In this document: one piece after another, positions 1 through 8,507 of the stretch
Numbering within the stretch: position 1 is the stretch's first letter
Layout: each line of letters opens with the position of its first letter
Origin: a virus
Lineage: Duplodnaviria > Heunggongvirae > Uroviricota > Caudoviricetes
Direction: 5' to 3' (one strand)
DNA length: 59,894 bases
IMG/VR virus record: IMGVR_UViG_2974697560_000001
Made by a program: the position numbers and the translations under genes
The notes under the pieces: generated by a model
The model's input: the letters and a program-made list of their open reading frames with translations, nothing else
The model's database searches: none
What the model was told of the DNA's origin: nothing

Positions 1-548
1 GTCCGGGATATCTCGCAGGCTTAACAAGCATTTGGAGGCACATTCTAAGCCCTAGCAAACATTCTGCCCACGAATCCAAGGCAAATAAGGCTGTCAAGCA
101 CCGAAATATATGCTCCAAAAGTGTCCCAAAATGAGCAAAAACATGCTAATTTCAAGGGGAATGCTGCCATTTTGCCCGAAATCGTGCCAGAATCCAGCAA
201 TTTTAACAGTCATTCGTAAAGCAGCCCCAATCTAGCCCACATGCAGCCCCAAATCAGCCCATCTTCCTGGAAAATTAGGCAGTCATCGTAAATGGACCCA
301 CCATTCGAAGGCCAATGAGCCTGATAGACCTTAGATTCATAGATGAGGTGTCGATTCTCCCTATATACATGCCAGACTTGAGTCTGATGTGAGAAAAGCC
401 CGGCAGTTTGAAGAGGCTTTCGTAAATGGACTAGATAGATACACACGCATTATAGGGAAGGGTAGATAGTATATGTATATAGGGGACAAGGACACCTATC
501 ACTACCGGCCTTGAATCTCAGCATGTCTTGTCTCTCATGTATATAGCA

Positions 549-578
549 GAAAAGCCACCCCGAAGGGTGGCTATTTTT
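549..578. terminator. Intrinsic terminator (probably bidirectional)
   Basis: AAAAGCCACCC-CGAA-GGGTGGCTATTTTT hairpin with A/T tracts on both sides. Confidence 0.7.
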
Positions 579-767
579 GTACTCAAAAAAGTTTCTGAAA
601 ATGTGCTGACTCCGGGGATTTTGAGCCCTGACTTAAAGGGCCAAATCCTGGGAAAAATAAGGAGCCTTCGTAAAGGGGATTCAATTCGGACATCGGGGAC
701 AAATCGATGTGAATCTTGACAGACATGAAGTTAGTTAGGCTAGCTAAGATGTCCGCCCCGGACATTG

Positions 768-858
768 AAAGGTCCCTGGGGAGAGGCCGACCTTCCTCTA
801 ATTAAGCCCTCGCCAGATTGACTGATAGGGCCCCCAGGGACACACTTTGTACTTCTCT
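768..858 (-). ncRNA. Candidate three-way-junction small RNA
   Basis: Promoter TTGACA(885-890)-17-TAACAT(862-867) with no ORF downstream; 10-bp stem 772-781/832-841 enclosing two 5-bp hairpins. Confidence 0.45.
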
Positions 859-902
859 TCTATGTTAGCAAGGCACTGATACCTTGTCAACATCACTTAT
901 TG

Positions 903-1079
903 TTACACCGGCTCGTTGGGAATGATGACCATCGTGTTGTCAGCGTTCCGATAGGTGGCACAGTGAGGGCACAGAGGAGTCTCAACGTCATCGAGATTGA
1001 AGGTGCCAACTGCCTTACGTGCGAAGCATCCTTCACAGGTCTCGTCGTCATTGGGACCAAACGCCATGACCATTGCCAT
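903..1079 (-). CDS. Small zinc-finger-like protein (58 aa)
   Basis: MAMVMAFGPNDDETCEGC...CPHC...EPV; two CxxC pairs, own promoter and GAAAGGGG RBS; below ORF-track cutoff. Confidence 0.7.
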   Translation of the reverse strand: MAMVMAFGPNDDETCEGCFARKAVGTFNLDDVETPLCPHCATYRNADNTMVIIPNEPV

Positions 1080-1209
1080 GTCTTCCCCTTTCGTTAATAC
1101 GAGTCTAGCAGACTACAAGGACACCTGTCTACCCACCGGGCCGATTGTCCGCCCCCGCCAAAACCCCCCTAAACCCTTTCGGGCTAGGGGGACTGGCGTG
1201 CTTACTGCA

Positions 1210-2223
1210 TTACGCAGCGAGCGACAGGACCGCCTTACGGATGCGGTTCTTCTCAGCGTTGACCACCGGGTCGAAACCGCTGGCAGAGATGAACAGGTTG
1301 TCCACGTTGCCACCACGCGGCATCCGGTACCAGTCGATACGCTCCGTCAGAGCGTTCAGCGCACCCGCCATCGTGCCAGCGAGAGACTGCGTGGTCTTGG
1401 GACCGTCGCCCGTGTCGGTGAAGATGCCCATCAGGATGTCACGCTTCGACTCCCACTTGACCATGGAACCCTTCACGTCCTTTTCGGGACGCGGGTACAG
1501 CTCCTGAATCAGGGTGTCGAACTTGTCCTTCGTGCACGCGACCTCGAACAGAGAGTTCATCTCACGCTCGAACTCATCCGCGTACGCGAACGTGATGTTC
1601 AGAGCCTCACGCGCGGCAGCCATGCGACCCTCGATGGTCTGCGTGTGGCGCATCTTGAACTGCTGCTTCACACCGTTACGGAGTGCGAAGTTCAGCGTGT
1701 TCTGACACACGACACGGACCGGGGTGATGCTTGCCTGTACTGCGACAGACCCGTCATGCGACGTGTTGACCAGAAGATACAGATTGGTCACGTCGTCGTC
1801 ACCGACCTTGATTTCCCGACCGATGGACAGGGAACCGAAGACCACGCGACCGTCACGGATGGAACCAGCAGTCTCCCACGTGCCACCACCCGCGAGGATG
1901 CCGTCACCGAAGCCGAACAGCTCCTCATTCTGGACGACCTTGTAGCGCTCGCCCACAGTGGCCAGAACGTCATTCCGGCCGGTGAAGGGGTTGGTACGGA
2001 CGACCATGTGAGGCTCGGTCACGAAGTCATAGGTGTCAGACACCAGACCCATGACATCCTTGACGGATTCCAGACGGACGTTCCAGTCCGACAGGTGAGC
2101 CAGGGACAGCATCTCCGAAGTGGTCAGCTCTCCCTCGAAGACGGTTCCGAGCTGGTGCCACGCGGGCTCGCTGCGAGTGGCGAACGCGACCTGACCCTTG
2201 GAACCAATCTCAAGACCGTGCAT
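1210..2223 (-). CDS. DUF932 / TIGR03299 phage-plasmid protein
   Basis: PAWHQLG, YKVVQNEELF, ETAGSIRDGRVVF, LVNTSHDGS, TPVRVVCQNTL, MRHT motifs. Confidence 0.85.
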   Translation of the reverse strand: MHGLEIGSKGQVAFATRSEPAWHQLGTVFEGELTTSEMLSLAHLSDWNVRLESVKDVMGLVSDTYDFVTEPHMVVRTNPFTGRNDVLATVGERYKVVQNEELFGFGDGILAGGGTWETAGSIRDGRVVFGSLSIGREIKVGDDDVTNLYLLVNTSHDGSVAVQASITPVRVVCQNTLNFALRNGVKQQFKMRHTQTIEGRMAAAREALNITFAYADEFEREMNSLFEVACTKDKFDTLIQELYPRPEKDVKGSMVKWESKRDILMGIFTDTGDGPKTTQSLAGTMAGALNALTERIDWYRMPRGGNVDNLFISASGFDPVVNAEKNRIRKAVLSLAA

Positions 2224-2416
2224 GTTGTGCCTCCAATGGCAGAGTTTGGTTAGGGCCGGTTTCCCTGCCCTTCGATGTCTCTAGTCTAGCAGTAGGCAAG
2301 GGGGGATGTCTACCCACCTTACCGGGCTCATGTCCACAATGTCCGATTTGCCCGTTGGCGGACCCGGACACACGAAAGCCCCTCCGAAGAGGGGCAGTGT
2401 GCGAGCCTTAGCAGAC

Positions 2417-2857
2417 TCAGTACGCGGCGTCCAGGCAGGAACGCTCCCAGTTGGCCAGGTACATGCCGTCCAGCTTGGACACGTAGGCGTCCACGATGTC
2501 CTTCGAGTCCTTGAGACCCAGACCGGTCTTCTCGCGGAGCTGCTTGATGCACTGAATCTTCTTGTTGGAACCGACCTCACGGACGATGTCCTTGACCAAC
2601 TCCGCACCCTGCGCCTTGACACGCGCCTCGATGTCACGGAGACGGTTCAGCTCGTGGCTGGTGGGCTGCTCGGCGTCCTGCTTGCCGGAACGATAGCCAG
2701 CCTGGTAGCCATCGGCGTAGGACTTGTCCTCACGGTTCTGGAGTTCCCCAGCGTAGATGGCCTCGAACATGTTCACCAGGTCCATGGCCCGGTTGAGGCT
2801 CATGTGACCCTCGAAGTTGTGAAGGGAGGTGAGGAGCTGAGCGCGAAGGTCCGACAT
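2417..2857 (-). CDS. Protein with C-terminal ribosomal L7/L12 CTD-like domain
   Basis: GSNKKIQCIKQLREKTGLGLKDSKDIVDA aligns with the bL12 CTD motif KVAVIKAVRxxTGLGLKEAKDLVE. Confidence 0.8.
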   Translation of the reverse strand: MSDLRAQLLTSLHNFEGHMSLNRAMDLVNMFEAIYAGELQNREDKSYADGYQAGYRSGKQDAEQPTSHELNRLRDIEARVKAQGAELVKDIVREVGSNKKIQCIKQLREKTGLGLKDSKDIVDAYVSKLDGMYLANWERSCLDAAY

Positions 2858-2979
2858 GATGTTCTCCGTTTCTAGGGGCTCCTTGCCCCTTTCGATGTCT
2901 CTATCTTAGCAGTACCAAGGGCCCTGTGTCTACCGGTCATTTTTGTCCGGGCCCGACAGGGCCCCGAAGGGCCCTTCTG

Positions 2980-3420
2980 TCAGAACCTCACACCGACACC
3001 GGAACCGTCACAGGTCTCCACGATGCTCTTTGCGGTACGCAGGTCCAACGACGGGAAGTGAGCGCGCAGATGCTTGATGCACGCAATCTTGCGCTCCAGG
3101 TTGTAGTAGCTGAACTCACCGTTCGCCCAGATGGACGCACGCGCGACCAACTTGGTGTGGTCGTTCTCAGCGGTGAAGTTGCTCAGACGCTCACCGTGCG
3201 CCTTACCCTGTCCGTAGCCGTCCTCGAAAGCGGACTCCACACGCTTGTCCGCCTCCTTACGGGCCAGGTCCCAGGCGTTGTTCTCCACCTCGTTGACCCG
3301 CTCCAGGTGCGCGCTGTAGATGTAACCAGCCACCGTGAACGCCTTCTTCAAGCTCATCTTGACACCGTTGGCGTTGAAGATACGCATGATGCGGGCTTCG
3401 TCCAGGGTGAAGATGCTCAT
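2980..3420 (-). CDS. Second L7/L12 CTD-like protein
   Basis: RKIACIKHLRAHFPSLDLRTAKSIVE; same length and layout as its neighbour. Confidence 0.65.
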   Translation of the reverse strand: MSIFTLDEARIMRIFNANGVKMSLKKAFTVAGYIYSAHLERVNEVENNAWDLARKEADKRVESAFEDGYGQGKAHGERLSNFTAENDHTKLVARASIWANGEFSYYNLERKIACIKHLRAHFPSLDLRTAKSIVETCDGSGVGVRF

Positions 3421-3552
3421 GGTAGCCTCCAGTCTCAGGGAGCTTGTCTCCCTTTCGATGTCTTTAGTCTACATGACTAGTGAGGCAGATACAAGCCCTC
3501 TTCAAAGTGTCCGGGCCCGACACGGGCCCCAAAAGTCAAGGGCCCGGTAGGG

Positions 3553-3843
3553 TCAAGGGTTGGTGTGTCCCCTTTTCAGTAGTATCTGTTCGATGATGAA
3601 TTTCGAATCCATTACGCGATTGAATTCATCATCTGAGCGGCTTTCTGTCCTGCCTGCCCATGCATTGAGAATGGAGATGATGAACTGAAACATCACCGCC
3701 TGCACAGGCTCAGGATAGGTCGAAAGCAGATAGGCGAATGCATGAGGGTCGAATGACCGCTTATCCATTTCGTCAATCAGCTTATTGGCCAGACGCTCAT
3801 ACGACGTAGGCCGTGGCGTTACGAGTCGCGCACCCTCATACAT
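3553..3843 (-). CDS. Hypothetical protein (~96 aa)
   Basis: 3' part of track ORF 3553-4233 starting MYEGARLVTP. Confidence 0.6.
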   Translation of the reverse strand: MYEGARLVTPRPTSYERLANKLIDEMDKRSFDPHAFAYLLSTYPEPVQAVMFQFIISILNAWAGRTESRSDDEFNRVMDSKFIIEQILLKRGHTNP

Positions 3844-3877
3844 GTCAGGTGCGATGATGCTTGTTCGTTTGAAGGGA

Positions 3878-4045
3878 CTACGCGCCACCCTCTCCCCCAA
3901 AGTCTTCCGTTGTGCCGTATCCGTCTGAGACGCTGACAGACAGGCCCAGCACCTTTGCCATGAACTCTGCCGTAGCAGTAGCAAAGGGCCAGGCCGTGTC
4001 GTGAGCGTCATCATCGGGCGTGTCGATTTCGATGATGACTGCCAT
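3878..4045 (-). CDS. Hypothetical acidic protein (55 aa)
   Basis: MAVIIEIDTPDDDAHD...; AGGATAGGG RBS; follows the Lsr2-like gene. Confidence 0.6.
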   Translation of the reverse strand: MAVIIEIDTPDDDAHDTAWPFATATAEFMAKVLGLSVSVSDGYGTTEDFGGEGGA

Positions 4046-4054
4046 GTCCCTATC

Positions 4055-4573
4055 CTATCGTGCGTGAACCTCGACGTCCATACCAAGCACCACCGGGGAG
4101 CCACAGCCGCAGTGCGACAGGCTGTAACCGCACTTGCACACCTCACGCTCCGAGAGACGGATGCGCTTGCCACGGTAGTAAGCCGTGTACTCGGTACGGT
4201 TCGAACGGGTGGGCTCGGCGTGCGGACGGACATCCTTGCCGGTCACCTTGACGTGCACACCGGGCGCAGCGGGCTTGACCTCCGGGTTGTCCGCCTTGTA
4301 AGCGGCCAGCACCTCAGCCGACAGACGACCACGAGACGACACGGTGAGACCCTTGGAAGCGGCCCACGCACGCACCACCTTGGCATCGAACTGTCCGGCC
4401 TTGGGGGCAGCCTTGACGACCTTGCGAGGCGTGGCGTCGGTGTCAGCGAAAACCTTGCCCGACTTCTCAGCCTCAGCGATGGCCTCATACGCGGCAGCGC
4501 TCATCCGGCCACGGGATTCCTTGGCCAGGCCCAGAGAGACAGCGTACGCGCGACGGGTCATGTTGACGTTCAT
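4055..4573 (-). CDS. lsr2: Lsr2-like DNA-binding protein
   Basis: VVRAWAASKGLTVSSRGRLSAEVLAAY matches the Lsr2 C-terminal AT-hook domain; second RGR motif near the N-terminus; Cys-rich tail. Confidence 0.8.
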   Translation of the reverse strand: MNVNMTRRAYAVSLGLAKESRGRMSAAAYEAIAEAEKSGKVFADTDATPRKVVKAAPKAGQFDAKVVRAWAASKGLTVSSRGRLSAEVLAAYKADNPEVKPAAPGVHVKVTGKDVRPHAEPTRSNRTEYTAYYRGKRIRLSEREVCKCGYSLSHCGCGSPVVLGMDVEVHAR

Positions 4574-4762
4574 GGGGTTTCCTTCCCTCGGTGTGCACTC
4601 AGTCTATCGGATTGAAGGCGGAGAGGCAAGCCCCGGTGCAGAGGTTGGTTTCCCTCCCCTTCATGTCTCTAGTATAGAGGACGTAACAGGGTCCTGTCTA
4701 CAACCCTAAATGTCCGATTTGCCCGAAGTCCGGGCCCGACATGCCCCCGAAGGGGCAAGGGG

Positions 4763-5497
4763 CTAAGCCTTTCGGCGCTTAGAGACCTTGGACGCGAAAC
4801 GGATATCTGCCTTACCGAAGATGCAAAGGCCACACGTTACACACGCACCGCCCTTTTCGGTAATGAGAGGAATGCGCTTGGCATTCTCAGGGCAGATAGC
4901 CCCAGGCTTACCAGTTTCGGTAAGCATGAATTCCTTGCCCTGTTCGTGAGTCTCAGAGAGATAGGCAAGGCGAACCGAAGGGAATTCCTTCTTTGTCACC
5001 AGCGCCTTTTCCTCATTCTCACTGTCCACACTCAGATAAACAGAGAGGTTTTCGTGTCCCACGATGTGACGCACGTACTGGAATGACCGAGTGTAAATCC
5101 AGAATTGCACATCCTGGAAAATCTCAGCCATTCGAGCGATGTTCTGTGCGTATTCCGCAGAGAAGATATCGCCGTCAGCGTGCCAGCGAAACAGCTTAGG
5201 CGCGTCACGCTTTTCACAGTCGGCCCTGAAACTCTCAATCATTACTGCGAGATTGAGAAATTGGTCCTCGTTAGGGTCATTGAGAATGGCCCAGTTGTTG
5301 AGAACCAATTCACGATATGCAGGGTACTGCCTTTCGAGCTTACCTGCATAGCATACGGTCTCACAGACCTTTGTCGCACCGGGGCAGGAAAACGCCTTTC
5401 CACTCGGAATGGAGAATGCGTTTTTGATGACCGACTGTTCCCCTCGCTTGTTGGCAAGGTTGGCAGTCTTACGGTCATTCGTGCGCTTAAGCGGCAT
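4763..5497 (-). CDS. Gp88-like (radical-SAM-related Cys-motif) protein
   Basis: SCPGATKVCETVCYA and FRWHADGDIFS motifs; start moved to MPLKRT after a GGAGG RBS. Confidence 0.7.
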   Translation of the reverse strand: MPLKRTNDRKTANLANKRGEQSVIKNAFSIPSGKAFSCPGATKVCETVCYAGKLERQYPAYRELVLNNWAILNDPNEDQFLNLAVMIESFRADCEKRDAPKLFRWHADGDIFSAEYAQNIARMAEIFQDVQFWIYTRSFQYVRHIVGHENLSVYLSVDSENEEKALVTKKEFPSVRLAYLSETHEQGKEFMLTETGKPGAICPENAKRIPLITEKGGACVTCGLCIFGKADIRFASKVSKRRKA

Positions 5498-5792
5498 TGC
5501 GTTCCTCCGAGCTGTAGGGCAATTCAGTGTTACGGACAATGGTACCGAGCGAAACAGCGTTGATTGTCTTGTGTCCAAGAATCCACGCCATTACGACACG
5601 GTGCTGACCATTGTAGACCGTGCCATTCTGAAAGTTGATAGGCATCTGAATTCCGTCACGCTCGCATGACTCAATGAATTCATCGCTCATCTCAAAGAAA
5701 AGCTGAGTGAAAAGGTCCATCGTGGACTGACCTTCCTCGCGGTCTGCGAAGTCGGCACGGGCAACGATGGCTTCAACGCTCAGCTTCCTCAT
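5487..5792 (-). CDS. ParB/Srx-like nuclease-domain protein
   Basis: GIQMPI...VYNGQHRVVMAWILG; promoter -10 lies 7 nt before the ATG. Confidence 0.65.
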   Translation of the reverse strand: MRKLSVEAIVARADFADREEGQSTMDLFTQLFFEMSDEFIESCERDGIQMPINFQNGTVYNGQHRVVMAWILGHKTINAVSLGTIVRNTELPYSSEERNAA

Positions 5793-5901
5793 GTGTTCGA
5801 GTATAGCAAGACATGCGGACGTAAACAAGCCCCTAGACGAATGTCCGAAATGTCCGTTGTCCGCCCCGGACATGACTGAGGGCCCCCGAAGGGGCCCGGT
5901 G

Positions 5902-5964
5902 TCAGAGAAAGATGATTGCGAGAAAGAACACAATCACCACGTACCAGAGAAGGCGGTCAGACAT
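5902..5964 (-). CDS. Putative 20-aa membrane peptide
   Basis: MSDRLLWYVVIVFFLAIIFL; start overlaps the stop of the upstream peptide. Confidence 0.4.
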   Translation of the reverse strand: MSDRLLWYVVIVFFLAIIFL

Positions 5965-6034
5965 TCTCGCAAACCTCCCGGTACCAAGAGTAGTGCGTGT
6001 ACAGGTAGAAGTGAAGCCACTCAACGAAGTGCAT
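5957..6034 (-). CDS. Putative 25-aa aromatic-rich peptide
   Basis: MHFVEWLHFYLYTHYSWYREVCENV; AGGAG RBS. Confidence 0.45.
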   Translation of the reverse strand: MHFVEWLHFYLYTHYSWYREVCENV

Positions 6035-6036
6035 GT

Positions 6037-6360
6037 TTACTCCTGACAGAGAGGCAGGCCCAAGTCGTCCTGCATGTCCAGAAAGTCCGAGTTGAAGATT
6101 TCAAGGTACGTGCCACCCTTGATTTCTTCGATACCGAGCATGTATGCCACGATGAGCCTGTGACACCCCTCGTGAATCATGTTCTGCTCCTCATCATAGC
6201 AGATGGGAGAGACGATTCCAAGAGTCTGACATGAGTCCATGAACTCATCCGACAGCTCAGACAGCTTGCGCAAGAGAAGTTGTTCACGAGTGAGACCAAG
6301 AGCCTCAGCGTCGTAGAACAGAGCGTTGTCGATGAGTGCCTTCACACTGTACATCTTCAT
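6037..6360 (-). CDS. ParB/Srx-like nuclease-domain protein (paralog)
   Basis: GIVSPI...IHEGCHRLIVAYMLG; shares LSDEFxxSC with 5487-5792. Confidence 0.65.
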   Translation of the reverse strand: MKMYSVKALIDNALFYDAEALGLTREQLLLRKLSELSDEFMDSCQTLGIVSPICYDEEQNMIHEGCHRLIVAYMLGIEEIKGGTYLEIFNSDFLDMQDDLGLPLCQE

Positions 6361-6487
6361 TGCTTTCCCCCTTTCGCTAGTACGAGTCTACTGCACTACC
6401 GGGCCCGATGTCAACACATCTGAAAAATGTCCGGGGCCGCCAAAAGGGGCCCCGGAGGGCCCCCAAGGGGTCAAGCCGTTGTTGTGA

Positions 6488-6760
6488 TTAGTCCTCGCTG
6501 GTGTCCTTCTGGCTCACCAGCTTCGCGCGACCAAGCAGAGAGGCGTCAGCCTCCTTCCACTTACGAACCGGGCGACCGGTGCGCACGCGGGGGAAGCGGG
6601 CCAGGATGGCACGGGCGCGGGTCTCGTCGGCCTCCAGGATGTCGAACCGCTGGAAGGGAGCGACGTTGGACGTGGCACCGAACTCGATGTCCACCCCCTG
6701 GACAATCATGGCCACACGGAGGGCGAGAGCGTCACGGGCGGGAACGATACCGGCAATCAT
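6488..6760 (-). CDS. Hypothetical protein
   Basis: GGAG RBS, GC3-rich codons, cassette position. Confidence 0.65.
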   Translation of the reverse strand: MIAGIVPARDALALRVAMIVQGVDIEFGATSNVAPFQRFDILEADETRARAILARFPRVRTGRPVRKWKEADASLLGRAKLVSQKDTSED

Positions 6761-6889
6761 GTGAACTCCACTGCTAGAAGTAAGCTGGGGTATGAAGTTG
6801 TCAGAGACTTTGGCAGGAAGGGAAAAACCTCACGTTGCGAGGCCCTGTGGCCTGTCCCCTTGTGCTTAGCTAGAGTCTAGCAGGCCGAC

Positions 6890-7072
6890 CTACTCGCAGT
6901 CAACCAGGTACTCGGGCTCGTCGTCCTCGGAGACGGTCCAGATGTCCGCCAGCCATCCGCTACGGATGACACCAGCCGACACGAACTTGTGCGGCTCAGC
7001 AGCCTCACGGACAGCGTCCTCATACTCCTCTTCGGAGATGATGCTGTAGCCATCGGGAATCTCGAACGTCAT
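6890..7072 (-). CDS. Hypothetical acidic protein
   Basis: AGGAG RBS and own promoter. Confidence 0.7.
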   Translation of the reverse strand: MTFEIPDGYSIISEEEYEDAVREAAEPHKFVSAGVIRSGWLADIWTVSEDDEPEYLVDCE

Positions 7073-7205
7073 GATTGCTCCTCTCTTGGGGAGGTTTCCC
7101 TCCCTTTCGATGTTCTAAGTCTACATGAGAGATGGGACAGGCGCAACACCCAATATTCGTTAGACTGCCTAAGTTGTCCGGGTCCGACCCCGAAGGGCCA
7201 GACTG

Positions 7206-7364
7206 TTAGTCTCCCATGTCATCCAAGTGAGCATCGGGAACGGGCTCGAACTCAAGGAAGGTGTCTTCGAAAAGCACCATCCATGCGTAGCCCTCACGGT
7301 TGTCAGGATTGCACTTACCACGGTGCATGTCACCCGTGGCAGCACCACACTCAATGCAGGTCAC
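7206..7364 (-). CDS. Hypothetical Cys/His protein (52 aa)
   Basis: GTG start overlapping the upstream stop, AAGGAGG RBS; MTCIECGAATGDMHRGKC. Confidence 0.6.
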   Translation of the reverse strand: MTCIECGAATGDMHRGKCNPDNREGYAWMVLFEDTFLEFEPVPDAHLDDMGD

Positions 7365-7579
7365 TCGGCCTCCTTGATGTCCATGGCAACCAGCATGTCA
7401 ACCCTGCTGACAGTGAGGGCAATCTCTCGCCCGTCCTTGTCAGTGAAGTTGAAGGTACTTGCCTTGGCAGCGACCGCCTTGCGCCACGACTCGTTCGTCT
7501 CCTCCGCGTTGTGCGAAGTCAGAGTGAACAGAACCGGCTTGTCACGGTGGGCCAGGTGAACAGCAACGCGAGTAGCCAT
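7361..7579 (-). CDS. Hypothetical protein
   Basis: GAGG RBS and own promoter. Confidence 0.7.
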   Translation of the reverse strand: MATRVAVHLAHRDKPVLFTLTSHNAEETNESWRKAVAAKASTFNFTDKDGREIALTVSRVDMLVAMDIKEAE

Positions 7580-7700
7580 GATGCATCCTCTCTTCCGGGA
7601 GTTTTTCTCCCTTTCGATGCTCTAACTCTACACCATCAGACAGACAGAATCAAGACTGTCCGGGCCCGACACGGGCCCCGAAGGGCCCGGCGGGAAGGTG

Positions 7701-7985
7701 TTACTTCTTGGCCTTGGCGCGCTTGTTGCTGTGGTTGCCGTTCATGAGGGCCGTGAAGTCCAGCATGATGTTCTGCTTGAAGTTGGTCGCTCCGTGGAAC
7801 TTGCCGTCCTGGTCACGGATGACGATGCGGACCTCGGTGGAGTCGCTGCCCGGAGTGGTCTTCCAGGTCTCCAGACGGATGCTGTAGGTGGACTTGGAGC
7901 CCTTGACCTTGAAGCCCTCGGAGATGGTGACGCTGGAGACGATGTTGTGGTTGACGTCGGTCGCCTTGCGAAGGGTAACAGCCAC
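7701..7985 (-). CDS. Hypothetical basic protein
   Basis: AGGAG RBS and own promoter. Confidence 0.7.
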   Translation of the reverse strand: MAVTLRKATDVNHNIVSSVTISEGFKVKGSKSTYSIRLETWKTTPGSDSTEVRIVIRDQDGKFHGATNFKQNIMLDFTALMNGNHSNKRAKAKK

Positions 7986-8127
7986 GGTGACTCCTAAGTC
8001 TCTGCTAGGGGTTTCTTTCCCCCTTGCTGATAGCTAAAGTCTACACGACTCAGCCGACAAGTACAACCCATGAAATTATGTCCGAAATGTCTGTCGGAGC
8101 CCGACAGGGGCCCGGAGGCCCCTCCCG

Positions 8128-8454
8128 TCAGACCTCGAACCCGACGACCGAGCCGTCGTCGTTCTTGAAGTACACAGCCTCACTCTCAGCCTGAAGAGTG
8201 CGCATGTGCGACAGGTCTTCGAGCGTGCGGGAAATGCTTCCCAGCGTGTCCCACGCCTCACGACGGGTCCAACCGAGGAAACCATCAGTCGTGCCGGGTG
8301 CGTTGCTTCCGTCCGGCATACGCAGGGTGTATGCCACACCCATGTTACGGCTGCCTTCCTGGAGCTTGACCGTGAGCGAAACGCCCTGGTTCTCCCAAGC
8401 ACGGATGTAGCGGTTGACCATGCCGACGAGCTGAGTCTTCGAGATGCGGTCCAT
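8128..8454 (-). CDS. Hypothetical protein
   Basis: GGAAGGA RBS and own promoter. Confidence 0.7.
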   Translation of the reverse strand: MDRISKTQLVGMVNRYIRAWENQGVSLTVKLQEGSRNMGVAYTLRMPDGSNAPGTTDGFLGWTRREAWDTLGSISRTLEDLSHMRTLQAESEAVYFKNDDGSVVGFEV

Positions 8455-8507
8455 GGTGTTTCCTTCCCTCGGTGTAACTGAAGTCTAGCAGGTTTAGCAG
8501 GTGGTGT

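Noticed and set aside
210-446. 78-aa minus-strand ORF
   Set aside because: No RBS or motif and lies in repeat-rich terminal DNA; cannot be supported or excluded
997-2253. 418-aa plus-strand ORF and other long antisense ORFs in the left arm (2306-2875, 2926-3480, 4001-4615, 6989-7747)
   Set aside because: Shadows of GC3-rich minus-strand genes; no RBS, promoter or recognisable motifs
3553-4233. Single 226-aa ORF from the track
   Set aside because: Overlaps the Lsr2-like gene; better explained as separate genes 3878-4045 and 3553-3843
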